NCBI RefSeq assembly: GCF_964355755.1 | Contig: NC_092677.1 | Coordinates: 26,399,175 to 26,463,174, forward strand | Length of the DNA stretch: 64,000 nt | Direction of reading: 5' to 3' | Origin: Antedon mediterranea | Taxonomy: Eukaryota; Animalia; Echinodermata | Shown: positions 48,642 through 63,213 of the stretch, in pieces | Layout: the number at the start of each line of letters is the position of its first letter | Numbering within the stretch: position 1 is the first letter of the stretch | The notes under the pieces: model-generated | Databases searched by the model: none | What the model was told of the DNA's origin: nothing | The model's input: only the letters and a program-made list of their open reading frames with translations | Program-made: the position numbers and the translations under genes

Positions 48642-50779
48642 ACCACCCGACGAGTCTGCTTATTTCCAGTTTATTGATCAGTATAGTAACGTACTTGTTA
48701 TAACACGTTACATGTCTTAACATTTTGTCCTATACCTTATTTTAAGTAAACATTAATTTGTATTAATGAAAGTCCTACAGTTAAATAAGTGTATATAAGC
48801 CCATGGAGTAATCGATGATTCTTCCGTTAATTCAAATTACATGTAGGCCTACATGAAAAGTGTCGAATGTTCAGTATTATTAAATTAGAGTGAAATGTAA
48901 TTTAATTTCACTGGCATTATTAGTTTTGTGTATACGCATTGTATTTCAGTAATAAACGGCTAGGAAACATTTTTTGTACTGTATGGTAATCATTGATTGG
49001 AATAATATAATTATTTGAATATCTACGCATGTACCACCATTTTCAACACTCTTTTCAATATATTCTAGCAATTATAGTACTTAAGCTATTTATTTTTGGT
49101 AAAATGCATTTTACTGACAGCATAACATTACATAGTTATAATAAGCATTTAGCGTACCAGACGTATGTTATGTTATTTTTTATTTTAATTTGTTTTTTTT
49201 CAATTGATTTAAAACATAGAAAATAAGATTTCAATTGCAACTCTTGCATATTTTACATACGTTTGACAGGTTTTGTGGGTTGAGTTTGTTAATCAGCAGG
49301 TCTCCACGTGTACTAGGCTACTGCTAGTTTAGTATATAAACAAAACTAAAAGGATAAATCAAGAGACAATTTTATAAAATTGATTATATTGTTGATTGCA
49401 ATTAAATGAATGATTTCTTGGTAAATTTCTAGCATCTAGCATTTCGATTTGTAGTAGCGCGTGACTGTGTGGGGGCGCCGTGTGACTAGAATGGTCGATT
49501 GCTACAGACAGTCCGAAATGCGATAACACTGGAGTCCGCCCTCTACCGCCACCAAAACCGTGTGTTTTTGTCGGTTGCGAACTACCTTTCTTTTAGTTAC
49601 CTGTTATGTACTTGTTTGATCTTTCTTTGAAGTTTTGCAATTTCGCTGTGGAAATGCAATTATAGAGCCACCAATATTTTGCAAGGTTTTGGCATAAATC
49701 AGGTGAAAATAGAATTTAGTTGTACCATGAACATTCATTATTTGATTGAATATCACTTTGATCATAAAACAATGCCACGTGATACAATCATATCAGAGAA
49801 GAGTGAAATTGACCGTAAAAAGTACATTTCTTTCTATTCACCGCTACCATTGATTGTCATGGAGAATCTATAAGGGGTTTTTACTAATCTGAATCGACAT
49901 TGTACCAGACAAAATTGACTTCTCTGATTGTACTGTCATTAAAAACTAATTCAATAATAGGCCTTTTTTACAACTGCAGTTTTCGTCCAATATGACAATA
50001 ATGAACGATATTTATGAGAGAATTCATCTGGAGGACGCGGGCATGTAGGTTTCTGAACAAAATTATTCAGTCTAAAGTTGATGTTCCCCTTTATGGGGTA
50101 CTGTAAATAAGGGACTTTTTACCACCTTTAATAAACTGACAGATTATTACGTGCTAATACAGCTATTACCCAAAACGAGGGAAACCAGTAAACACATACT
50201 AGCTAACCTGTCACCCCGTACGTGAGCATATATCGAATACTGTTGACTAATGAGATATAATTTACAAAAGGTAGACGTGACCAAGGTGTCTTGGGGAAAA
50301 ATTATCTAAAAATTGATATTATTAATTGTTATTTTCTACTAGATGTCATTCACTATGGCATGCAATTAGTATAAAACACGAATCAATAATAACAGCCGTG
50401 AGAAATTGGGTATTGCGACACTTATAATCTTACACATTAAATAATGTGTAAGATTATTAAGACATTCTATAATTAGTAAGTCAATGTTTCGGTCATGTAA
50501 TTATTTGTTTTTTGATATTTTATAATTTACATGCCTATATCTCGTGACAAAAAATTCTTAAATTATGACAACAGTGATCTGTAGGCGTAAAAAGGCAATG
50601 ACCGTGTAATTAAAAATATCTCATCAATTTCTAGAAACAGATACCGTAGAGATCGTGGACGTGAAAAAGAACGTTAAACAAAATGACGATGGACAAAATA
50701 GACCAAAATATAGAAATTTAGATTGAAGAAAGAAAAATACCGTGGCACTTGGTCAGCAATGACTTGGTCAGCAATGCTA

Positions 50780-51330
50780 AATGTCTATAAAGCTTTGATT
50801 TTACCAGTTATTACATATTCCAAGTGAAAATTGTAATATTGGTAGACTTGAGAATATTCAGAAAAAGGCTACAGGTCTGTATTTATTTTATATCAAAAAG
50901 AAAGGAATTGGATATATATTAAAGACCTTACATATTTTACGTATAGAAAATATCTTTATAGACTAAACCAAGTGAAAGGTGTGGAGGACGATTGTAACTG
51001 GAAGGCAAAAACCAACACTTTTCTAAACTCCTCTTTTGTAATTTTTCCTAGTCTATGGGAAAATGTTCCACAGGATATTAAAAAATGCACTTCGGTTACC
51101 AACTTTAAAGCTCAAATTATTGATCACCTGATTTCATTATACTAACTTTGACAATTATTATGACTTTTTAGTTTTAATTTTCATTACAATTTTTTTGTAT
51201 ATTTACTTAATGTATTGTGTTTAAGTCATTTTAATTAATCTGTTAAATTCGTTTTTAAATAATTGCTGTGTTGACGTTGGAGCAAACAGTAAATTCTGTT
51301 CAGGCCTGCTGTATGCCTATTAAATATTAT
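50780..51330 (+). mobile_element. CR1/L2-like LINE 3' remnant (also ~54000-54540, ~57930-58450)
   Basis: YKALILPVITYS..IGRLENIQKKAT.. RT C-terminal pattern followed by a T-rich 3' UTR. Confidence 0.55.
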
Positions 51331-54300
51331 ATCAATATAATATTGAGTGACATGCCCTGCTGTATTTTTAAAGTTTGTTAGGTAATATGGTTGTCAAAGT
51401 GACCTCTAAATTCTGTCAGATTATATGTGATGTGGGCATAAAAGGCAATGATCGTGCACATAATCTTACGCATTCAATACTGCCTAAGATTATATTAAGT
51501 ACCACAAGATATTTTCCTTTGAAACCAAACGATCACTATTTATTTCTAGATTATTAGGTAAATATTTTTTGAAATTTTATTATCTATAGGCCTTTCTCGT
51601 GACAAACATCTTAAATTATGACAACAGTGATCTGTGGGTGAAAGGTAATGACCGTGGACGATCACTATCTATTATTACTAGAAATATATAGGGATCGGTG
51701 GACATAAAAATATAAACCGTGCACTACAATTCCACGGGTAAATTTTTTCTATTTGACATGTTGAAAGAAGAAATCAAGAGTTAGGCCTATAATAAAAAGT
51801 GTTTAAAGTTAATCACAATAACGATGAAAAAAACAGACCTTAAAGAAATTATTGGAGAAAGTGTAAGATCATTCAAGTATCCGGTTTACCAGTTTTACCT
51901 CCACCAACCTCTATGTATTTCTAGAAATATTAAGTCAATTTGCTAAGGTGTTCTTTCTCATTTTGTACTTTTCTTACGCTAAAATGAAAATTAATTTGTC
52001 CAATTAATGTCGAGGTTCTACTAATAAAGGTTATAACAATGATAACTACATATTCATAAATAATGCAAATAAAAATAAAATCGGCTACATAGGCCTAAAA
52101 AATGTTAATAAAACCATCATTAATTAGCAGTCTGAACTACTGCCTCATCAATGAGGTCCATATTAGTTACCATTATGGATGATTTAAATTATTCAATTTA
52201 TATCCTCGTGTTTTGTATGTATGTTTTACATTACATCGCTGGAATTTTATATAATAATCTTTATTGTCTTTCTTTCTTGTTTGTTCTTTTTCACATACAT
52301 AAAATCAAAACTAAAGACAAAAGACCAAAAAAAAAAAGCTTTCGCTTATCGAGTTTTGGTCTTTTAAAATAAGTAAAACCTAAACTAGAACGTATATCAT
52401 TTCTGAGAAAGAAAAATCTGAAGAAAATTAATTACATAAATGAAAATTAATAACTCACTGGCATTATCAATATGAATATGAAATAAGTAATAGAAGAGTA
52501 TTATACACATTTTTTGTTTGTTTTTTAAATAGAAAAAACTAGAAACCTACTCGTCGTAAGCATAGCAACTTTGCTTTGCATGGGAGTCAATTATGCTTTT
52601 TTCAAAATGGTGAGTGTGATACTTTAGAAACTTTGCTGTGCAGTTTGAATGTTGTTATCAAATTAAAATAGTTGTACGGCACGGGATATAGGAGAACATC
52701 AAAACAATAATAGTTTGTCACATACCATGATTTTTAAAGTAGGAAGACGACTGTACCATTTCGATGAAAAGTTCTGTAGTAGGCCAAACAGTAACTAACA
52801 GTAGCTACACAAATGAAGTTTTGCAATTTCGCGGTGGAAATGCAATTATAGAGCCACCAATATTTTGCATGGTTTTGGCATAAATCAGGTGAAAATAGAA
52901 TTTATTTCTACCATGAACATTCATTACTTGATTGAATATCACTTAGATCATAAAACAATGCCACGTGATACAATCATATCAGGAAAGAGTGAAATTGACC
53001 GTAAAAAGTAAATTTCTTTCTATTCACCGCTACCATTGATTGAATCTATAAGGAGTTTTTACTAATCTGAATCGACATTGTACCAGACAAAATTGACTTC
53101 TCTGATTGTACTGTCATTAAAAACTAAATCAACAATAGGCCTTTTTTCAAAATTGTATGAATTTAAGTTTTACAACTGCAGTTTTCGTCCAATATGACAA
53201 TAATGAACGATATTTATGAGAGAATTCATCTGGAGGACGCGGGCATGTAGGTTTCTGAACAAAATTATTAAGTCTAAATTTGATGTTGCCCTTTTATGGG
53301 GTACTGTAAATAAGGGACTTGATACCGTCTTTAATAAACTGACAGATTATTACGTGCTATACAGTTATTACCCAAAACGAGGTAAACCAGTAAACACATA
53401 CCGGTACTAGCTAACCTGTCACCTTGTACGTGTGCATATCGAGTACTGTTGACTAATGAGATATAATTTACAAAAGGTAGACGTGACCAAGTCTTGGGGA
53501 AAAATTATCTAAAAATTGCTATTATTAATTGTTATTATCTACTAGATGTCATTCACTATGACATGCAATTGATGACAGCCGTGAGAAATTGGGTATTGCG
53601 ACACTTATAATCTTACACATTAAACAATGTGCAAGATTATTAAGACATTTGCTTTTTAAGCCAACCGACCACTGTTTATTTCTATCTATTCTATAATTAG
53701 TAGGTCAATGTTTCGGTCATGTAATTATTAGTTTTTTGATATTGTATAATTTATATGCCTATATCTCGTGACAAAAATCTCAAATTATGACAGTGATCTG
53801 TAGGCGTAAAAAGGCAATGACCGTGTACTTAAAAATATCTCATCAATTTCTAGAAACAGATACCGTAGAGATCGTGGACGTGAAAAAGAACGTTAAACAA
53901 AATGACGATGGACAAAATAGACCAAAATATAGAAATTTAGATTGAAGAAAGAAAAATACCGTGGCACTTGGTCAGCAATGACTTGGTCAGCAATGCTAAA
54001 TGTCTATAAAGCTTTGATTTCACCAGTTATTACATATTCCAAATGAAAATTGTAATATTGGTAGACTTTAGAATATTCAGAAAAAGGCTACAGGATTTGT
54101 ATTTATTTTATATAAAAAAGAAAGGAATTGAATATATATTAAAGAACTTACATATTTTAAGTATAGAAAATATCTTTATAGACTAAACCAAGTGAAAGGT
54201 GTGGAGGAAGATTGTAACTGGAAAGCAAAAACCAACACTTTTCTAAACTCCTCTTTTGTAATTTTTCCTAGTCTATGGGAAAATTTTCCACAGGATATTA

Positions 54301-55486
54301 AAAAATGCACTTCGGTTACCAACTTTAAACCTCAAATTATTGATCACCTGATTTCATTATACTAACTTTGACAATTATTATGACTTTTTAGTTTTAATTT
54401 TCATTACAATTTTTTTGTATATTTACTTAATGTATTGTGTTTAAGTCATTTTAATTAATCTGTTAAATTTGTTTTTAAATAATTGTTGTGTTAACGTTGG
54501 AGCAAACCGTAAATTCTGTTCAGACCTATGCCTATTAAAATATTATATCAATACAATATTGAGTAAGAGGCCCTGCTGTATTTTCAAAGTTTATGAGGTA
54601 ATATGGTTGTCAAAGTGACCTCTAAATTCTGTCAGATTATATGTGATCGGTGGGCATAAAGGCAATGATCGTGCACATAATCTTACGCATTAAATACTGC
54701 CTAAGATTATATTAAGTACCACAAGATATTTGCCTTTGAAACCAACCGATCACTATTTATTTCTAGATTATTAGGTAAATGTTTCGGTTATAATGCAATT
54801 ATCAGTTTTTTGATATTTTATTATCTATAGGCCTTTCTCGTGACAAAAAATCTCAAATTATGACAACAGTGATCTGTGGATGAAAGGTAATGACCGTGGA
54901 CGATCACTATCTGTTATTACTAGAAATATAGAGGGATCGGTGGACGTAAAAATTTAAACCGTGCACTACAATTCCGCTGGTAAATGTTATCTTTTTGACA
55001 TGTTGAAAGAAGAAATCAAGAGTTAGGCGTATAAAAAGTTTCGGAGTTAATCACAATAACGATGGGAAAATTATTATTATTGGAGAAAGTGTAAGATTAT
55101 TCAAGTGTCCGGTTTACCATTTTTACCTCCACCAACCTCTGTGTATTTCTAGATATATTAAGTCAATTTGTCAGTCATTATTGAGTAATAAACTTTAAAA
55201 CTATCATGCTCTCAGCGTATATGTGTAATTCAATGATTTAGATTGTTCATGTATTCCTTCTATTTTATTTGAAAATGATTCAAATATCCAGTCAATAGAC
55301 AACGAGATAAAACCAACTTGTGAAAAACAGTAATAATGTTTATACCGATATGTTTGATATTAGGCTATTATTTTTTTAAATCATGCAAATAAAAATTAAC
55401 ACGTACAATTTACGGTGGTACCGTACTAAAACAATACAAAGGCTGAACAAATGTTATTGAGTTTAGTGCAATTAGATGCTAAGGTG

Positions 55487-56372
55487 TGTGGAGCCGTGAA
55501 ATGTGCAAAAAGTCACATTTGTGCAAACAGCCACATTTTTGTAAACATTTTACCTTTAAATGTGCAAACAACCACATTTTGTGCAAACATTTCACCTTCA
55601 AATGTGCAAATCTGTAAAAATTCATTACCCGCAAATGTGCAAACATCTCGCCGTTAAATGTAAAAACGATCAGTTTTGACGTTAAATGTGCAAAAGGTAA
55701 TCTACAAATGTGCAAAGCATTTCTTCAACCAAACTCCTATTCCATTTTATATTTTTGGTTCGTAAGTCAACTCGGCCTCAAGTCAACTCGGCCTCACGTC
55801 AACTCGGCCAAAAACTAACTAACTAACATTCACATTCATTCTAATATTCATCCCTATAACATGCGTACTTCGTTTTTATTATTTTTCTTCTGTTCATTAG
55901 ACTTATTTTGTCCTATTCATTTGCACTTTTTGCGTTTCATACTTTAAGGTGGCCTAGTTGACGTGAGGCCGAGTTGACTTGTGGGCGAGTTGACTTGGGG
56001 TCGACTTGAATTTGACTGAGACGGGTTAAAGCCTTTGATCATAATAAAATACAACAGTATAACTAGTTATTATGATATTGAGCATTTTAAATTTATTAGA
56101 CTCTTTTTCCTATTGTTATTTCTACTCTGAAAGACCTACGAACCAAAAATATAAAATGTAATAGGAATTTGACTGAATAAATGATTTGCACATTTGTAGA
56201 ATACCTTTTGCACATTTAACGTCAAAACTGACCGTTTTTACATTTAACGGCGTGATGTTTGCACATTTGCGGTTAATGAATGTTTACAGATTTGCACATT
56301 TGAAGGTAAAATGTTTGCACAAATGTGGTTGTTTGCACAAATGTGACTTTTTGCACATTTCACGGCTCCACA
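55487..56372. mobile_element. Foldback non-autonomous DNA transposon, TGT...ACA termini, 5-bp TSD (Ginger2-like)
   Basis: About 270-bp TIRs made of AAATGTGCAAA subrepeats. TSD AGGTG at 55482-86 and 56373-77; empty site GCTAAGGTGTTC at 51942-51953. Family assignment is inference. Confidence 0.75.
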
Positions 56373-59082
56373 AGGTGTTCTTTCTCATTTTGTACTTTTC
56401 TTACGCTGAAATGAAAACTAATTTGTCCAGTTAAAGTCGTGGTTCTACTAATAAAGGTTATAACAATGATAACTACACATTCATAAATAACGCAAATAAA
56501 AATGAAATCGGCTACGTAGGCCTAAAAATGTTAATAAAACCATCATTAATTAGCAGTCTGAACTACTGCCTCATGAGGTCTATATTATAGTTACCACCAT
56601 GGATGATTTAGATTATTCATATTTTATAATAATGTATAATATGATAATTATATAGCCTGTTGCTGAAATTGCATTACTCGTCGTAAGCATAAACACATTG
56701 TTATACTTATTGCATTCGAGTCAATGATGGGCCTTTTTTCAAAATTGTATAAAGTAAAGATGTTTTACAACTGCAGTTTTCATCAAATATGACAATGCTA
56801 TATGAACGAGATATGACAGGATTAATCGGCGCGGGGAAATTTGTTGTTGCCATTGCTATTTCTGTGGTGCTTTTATACCGTCTTTAATGAGTGTGAAACT
56901 TTGCTGTACAATCCACAGTATAAATGTCATTTGCAAATTAAAATAAATTGACCGCGTAGATAGTTATACAAATAGTTTGTCACATACCATTGTTACAGTA
57001 GCAGACAATGTGCTTGTTCTAGTGTGAAAAGTACCGTAGTAGGCATAAACAGTCCTACACAAGCTAATGGTAGCTACGTTACTGGAACTGTTCAAAAACA
57101 CAGCCTTTGCTCTCAGCGACGTGTTATCTTATTTCACTCAACAATTATGCAAGGCACGATACATGTGCACCTGTGCTTTTGCAATGTGTAATCCATCAAT
57201 TCTAGCAATTCACCATATTTGGAAGGGAAGCTGTTGTAAACGTAACGTCACAGAAAATAAATTTCAAAGGCAAAACACGAATAAAGAGTTAGGAAAATAT
57301 CAGAATAAATTTAACATGAAACATCTCCCAGACATTTTCGTGAATTTTTGTTTTCTTTTTTCCCCTTAAATCGTGGTTCCCACTAGGACGAACCAAGGAC
57401 GTAAGCGCGCCGCAAGTAAATTAACCAATCACAATGCGAAGGATCATTATTCATCGCGTCGTGATCGGGTCAAATTACTTGCGTCCTTGCGTTGCGAGAA
57501 CCAAGCTTAAAATAAAATCATATCGCTCCGGTATTGATTTTTTACTGCTGCGCATGCTGACGCTACGCGCGGTCTTCCGAGAACATAATACTTAATACAT
57601 GATTAACGAAGGTATTTTAGTTTAAAAACGCTATATTATAAGAATAATAATGGCTTTTTATATAGCCCCCTAATATGGTAAATGAATGATATTATTATTG
57701 AACTTATTAAATTGAAATTTGTTTCTTGTTTTTTGTTTTCTATACTTACGGCTACAGAATTTGAAAATTATTGTTAATATTGAGATTATGTATCGAATTG
57801 TGGAATTTTCTCTTCGAGTAAACGTGCTATAAAGTTTACTTTCAAACAAATAAGAAAAATATACATTATGTAAGTAATAAGAAAAGCAAACTTCTTGCTT
57901 TTGTTTCAATTCAAGCTTTAATTTTTCCAATTATTACATATTCCAAATGAAAATTGTAATATTGGTAGACTTGAGAATATTCGTAAAAAGGCTACTCGAT
58001 TCATTTTATACAGAAAAGAAAGAAATTGGATATGGATGAAAGACGTGTTAACGTCTTCTAAATCTTCTATATTAAAAATATTAAAAAATATAGAAGATAT
58101 GTGACAATCAAGTGAAAGGTGTGAAGGACGATTAATTCATTGGAAGGCAAAGACCAACACTTTTCTAAACTCCTCTTTTGTAATTTTTCCTAGTCTATGG
58201 GAAAATGTTCCACAAGATATTAAAAAATGCACCTCGGTCACCAACTTTTAAGCTCATATTACTGATCACCTGATTTCATCATACTAACTTTGACAATTAT
58301 TATGCCTTTTTAATTAAATTTTCATTTTAATTTTTTTGTATATTTACTTAATGTATTGTGTTTAAGTCATAATTAACCTGCTAACTTTGTTTTTAAATAA
58401 TTACTGTGGACGTTGGAGCAAACAGTAAATTCTGTTCAGGCCTATTAAATATTATATCAATATAATATTGAGTAACAGGCCCTGCTGTATTTTTAAAGTT
58501 TGTTAGGTGGTCAAAGTGACCTCTAAATTCTGTCAGATTATATGTGATCGGTGGGCATAAAAGGCAATGATCGTGCACATAATCTTACGCATTAAACACT
58601 GCCTAAGATTATATTAAGTACCACATATTTGCCTTTGAAACCAAACGATCACTATCTATTTCTAGATTATTAGGTAAATGTTTCGGTTATAATGCAATTA
58701 TTAGTTTTTTGATATTTTATTATCTATAGGCCTTTCTCGTGACAAAACATCTGAAATTATGACAACAGTGATCTGTGGGTGAAAGGTAATGACCGTGGAC
58801 GATCACTATCTGTTATTACTAGAATAAATAATTATACAAATTAGGCCTCCTCTACTAGACCTAGGCCTAGCTAGTAGGCCTAGGCCGCCTCGAAGTCTGA
58901 AGAAAAAGCAAATTAGTATTTTCACTATTACTATTACTCGCGAAATAAACTACAAACGTACAAGTACGCCAACAAAATCACCTATAAAGCTTGGTTCCCA
59001 CTAGAACGTAACGCAAGGACGTGAATTGGTCAATTCATTTGCGTTGCGTTACGTCGCTTTATGGACAACACAATGGATGGCG

Positions 59083-59260
59083 CACTACTCCAATAAAATC
59101 TCCTATTGTGGACAAAAAGTCACCTATTTTGGACAGTCAATTATGAAAGTTACCTATTATGGACAAACAACAACGCCCTCTAGTCCCTATTATGGACAGA
59201 AAGTAACCTATTAGGGACAGAAAAGTAACCTATTATGGACAGATTTCACCAACCCTATTG
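59083..59260 (+). mobile_element. Possible CACTA/EnSpm terminus with subterminal repeats
   Basis: CACTAC followed by about seven (A)CCTATT.TGGACA repeats; the other end was not found. Confidence 0.35.
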
Positions 59261-62200
59261 AACAATTACACTTCACTTGATTAATATGGCATATTGTCTT
59301 TTTGATTGTTAATGTTGGATATTTTATTTAAATTTATTAGAGGAAAATCATCATACAAATAAATAAAAAATGATAACATAAATTACTGACATTATTACAA
59401 ATAAATTTATTTATTATTATATTATCGCGTAACACAAAACGATTGTAAATTTAGTATATTTAAACAATCACATACATTTTACTGATCAATAATATCACCT
59501 GTGTGCAATACAGCTTACCCAAAACAGTATAACCAGTATAAACATGTGTATATAGGTACTAGCCTAACCAGTCACCCGTGGTCTATCGAATACTGTTGAC
59601 TAATGAAATACATAAAAACCAGACGTGGCCAAGGCGTCTTAAAGTGTTATTGGTCAATAGAAAATTATCTAAAAATTGTTATTACTAATTGTAATTATCA
59701 TTTGCGTTGACAAATATAATTTAGAAATTGGGGTATTTGTGACACTTATAATCTTACACATTAAACACAGTGCAAGATTATATTAAGTAGAACAAGACAA
59801 ACCAACTGATGACTATCTATTTCAAGAATTAATAGGTCAATTTTTCGGTAATAATACAAGTATTTTTGGGGTTTTGCCTTTCTCGTGACAAAAGTGATTT
59901 GTGGGCGTAATAGGGCAATGACCATGGAACACTATCTATTTCTAGAAATAGATAAAGATCGGTGGAAAAACAGATAAACCGGACACATCTGTTGGTCAAC
60001 CTTATCTGTTTGACTTAAAAAACAAATCAAGAGTATTATATAAACAGTTTGAAAGTTAAACACATTGAAGATGGACAAAATAGACAAATACCATGGCACT
60101 TGAATTGTAAAGTGTAAGATTATTCAAGTGTCCTGTTTACCCCTTTTCGTCCAACAATCTCTATCTATTCTAGAATAGAGTAATACAATTTAAAACTATC
60201 ATGCTTTCAGCGTATGTGTAATTCAATGATTTAGACTGTTCATGTAATTTAATAAAACCATTATTAATTAGCAGTCTGAACTACTGCCTCATCAATGAGG
60301 TCTAATATAGTTACCAGGATGATTTAAATTATTTAATTTATATCCTCGTGTATTTTGTATACTATTAGGCCTACATCCTCTTTCTGGAATTTGCACTACT
60401 CGTCGCAAGCATAGCCACTTTGATTACTATTGCATGACAACCAATTATGCTTTTGCTTACTTGATAAATGTCGTTAGCAAATTAAAATAATTGTACGGCA
60501 CGGGATATAGGAGGACATCACATACCACCATGGTTTTTAGTCGCGTGGACGCGACTCTATAGTTCACTATGTCGGTCGGTCGGTCTGTCGGTCTGGTATC
60601 ACTATGCGTTTTAGCACGCGACTTATGGCTGTTGGCCTTGTTAAAGTAGGCAGACAACTGTACCATTTCTATGAACAGTTCTGTAGTAAACCTAAACAGT
60701 ACTACACAAGTTACTTGTAGCTACGTTACTGTACACTGCACCGGGACGTGAATGGAACTGTTCAAAAACACATTATATATAATCCTTGGTCTGTGACGTG
60801 TCGTCTTATTCACTCAAAATATGTAAGGCACAATGCATGTGTGCACCTGTGCTTTTAAAGTGTGTACACCAGCAAACTACGTAATTCACCATTATTATTT
60901 GGAAGCTATTGTTAACCTAACATAAAATAAAGTTATAACATTCCGATGTTAATGTCTGACGCGGTCTTCCGGGATGGAAACAAAACGTCGATAATATAGG
61001 CCCCTAATATTGGTGAAATGAATGATATTGTTATTGAATAATATTAGGCCTAACGTAAAATTTGTTTCTTGTTTTTTGTTACATCGAAATGTATTGTCAG
61101 GAGATTATGTATCGAATGTGTTTTCCATTCTACTGTGGAATTTCCCCTTCAATCTTTTTATGGTTATCTTTACTTTCAAATGAAATATCATATAAATATA
61201 ATATTAAGTAACTTGTATATAAGTAAGTTTATTATGCAATGATGATGGCGGTCATGACCCAATATTTCTAGACATTATAGATAGTAATCGGTGGGAGTCG
61301 GTAATGATCGTGCAGTTAATAATCTTACACATTAAACAGTGTGAAAGATTATGGAGTAGCAAAGACATTGTTTGTCTTCAAGCCAAAAACCGATTACTAT
61401 CAAGTTCTTTCTATTCTATAATCATTAGGTCAATATTTCGGTAATAATGCAATTATTAGTTTTTTGATATTTTATTATCTATAGGCCTTTCTCGTGACCC
61501 AAAACATCTGAACAGTGATATGTGGTAAAAAGGTAATGACCGGACACTAGAAATCTGGTGGTCAAATTTGTCAGTCATATTGAGTAATAAACTTTAAAAC
61601 TATCATGCTTTCAGCGTATGTGTAATTCAATGATTTAGACTGTTCATGTATTTCTTTTGATTTATTTGAAAAGGATTCTAATATCCAGTCAATCGGCCAT
61701 AAGAATATAAAAACCAACTTATGAAAAACATTAATAAACGTTTGTACCAATATGTTAGATCTTTTTTCTTTATTATGCAAATTAATTGTTATTAAAACAA
61801 TTTTATTAGACAATCCAATTGATATTTTTCCAACCAGTACCGCTGATACTGATACTACTTTCTTCATGCTACAAAAAACATTTCGAAATTTGTTTAATAT
61901 TGTGGTTGATACTTATAGGCCTAAAAGCAATATTAATAACTAAGAATATGCCTAGCAATATTAAATATATACATTAGTACTAGTAAATTAAAGATAGTGT
62001 GTAAAATAATAGGTAACAAATTGAACTCACGATTATTATTCACAAACACAATATTACTGGTTGTATGAATTATAATTTCGATATGTCCACCGTTGCAAGT
62101 ATTTATATGTTTAATCGTAAATACATGGTTTGAAAAGTAATAATAATAGTTCAGGTGTGAATTCAATAACGTTGAAAAATAAATGGCGATGTTGTTTTAT

Positions 62201-62509
62201 AGTTTTAATCCCCTACCGACACACATCGATCAAATCATAAAAGCTGTGTTTATTTCTATAACATTTATTAATGCGGCAAGTAGTGATTGTAACAGAGTTC
62301 TTATATTATAGAATAAACACTGTGTGTTGTTTACTTATTCTTCCTTGGTTCTTCACTGTTTATTATATAGTTTATCATGTATGTATCCATTTTTGTCGAC
62401 AGGACCACAATGTAAAACAAGTAGGCCTATATTTCTACTTGATTGTGTATAATCCTGTATAAATATGTTGTTAAATAAATAAATAAATAAATAAAAAAAT
62501 AAAAGGGTA

Positions 62510-63213
62510 GTATTATATTGCCACTTTCCAAATTATTTACTGTGTAGGAGACACTTGTCCGATAGTTTCCAGAATTCATCTCGATTCCACAATCTAAAAT
62601 CTTTTCTTTAAAAAAAGTTGTTAATCACTTCGTTCAAAGAAATACCCTGGTCTGTGGTAGTAAACTTTCCTACGTAATAATTAGGTGCAAGGTTATTCAA
62701 TTCACACGTTATTTGCATTCTATACGGCCACCGATTACGAACGGTATCTATTTCTGGATTTTGTTCGTCAATATTGCGTAATAATCGTTAAAGCTCTTAG
62801 TTGACCCCCACAAATTTAAATGATATTTCTTTTCAACATAGTCTTTGCCCTTTTCGGTCAACAATACAAACATACAAGTCCAAAACAGCTTTAACGATAG
62901 GCTAATCTAGAACATTTTAATGCAAAAAGTATGTACATGTGACTTTCCGTTAACGAGTTAATGAATGTTTAAGTAAATTGGCCTCTGAAAATAATATGGT
63001 CGCCTTGCTATGTTTATTTGATTACTCTTTTCTCATTATTCATCCGTCAAAAGAAGATGTCTTCCATATCTTGAAAAAGGCGTATTCCAGTGGAACTATC
63101 CGCGACTCCGGGATGTTGAGTTCCTGGCCTTCCTATGTGCTTTGCATCTCATTAATTACTAATGTTCAAAGAAATGTGATAACAGAGCAACATATACATT
63201 TCATGCGAATGTG
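62510..63213 (-). pseudogene. Probable decayed DED-containing gene exon
   Basis: Acceptor gttttcAG, then EMYMLLCYHISLNISN**DAKHIGR/ELNIPESRI../LFQDMED.. and later ..YVEKKYHLNLWGQL..; DED-like pattern with several stops and frameshifts. Confidence 0.35.

Larger units (their letters stand above)
49628..61750. repeat. Nested tandem segmental duplications (~3.2-kb main unit), non-coding
   Basis: 49628 onward repeats at 52814 (offset 3186), with further partial or diverged copies at ~56373, 57930, 59500 and 61260. Recurring CTCGTGACAAAA..ACAGTGATCTGT module. Confidence 0.8.

Noticed and set aside
55451-56434. ORFs with FAHL/CAN repeats
   Set aside because: They are translations of TIR subrepeats of the foldback element, mirrored on both arms.
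57670-57930. Coiled-coil exon remnant (with a related copy near 61000-61200)
   Set aside because: Stops and frameshifts differ between copies and no family is recognisable.
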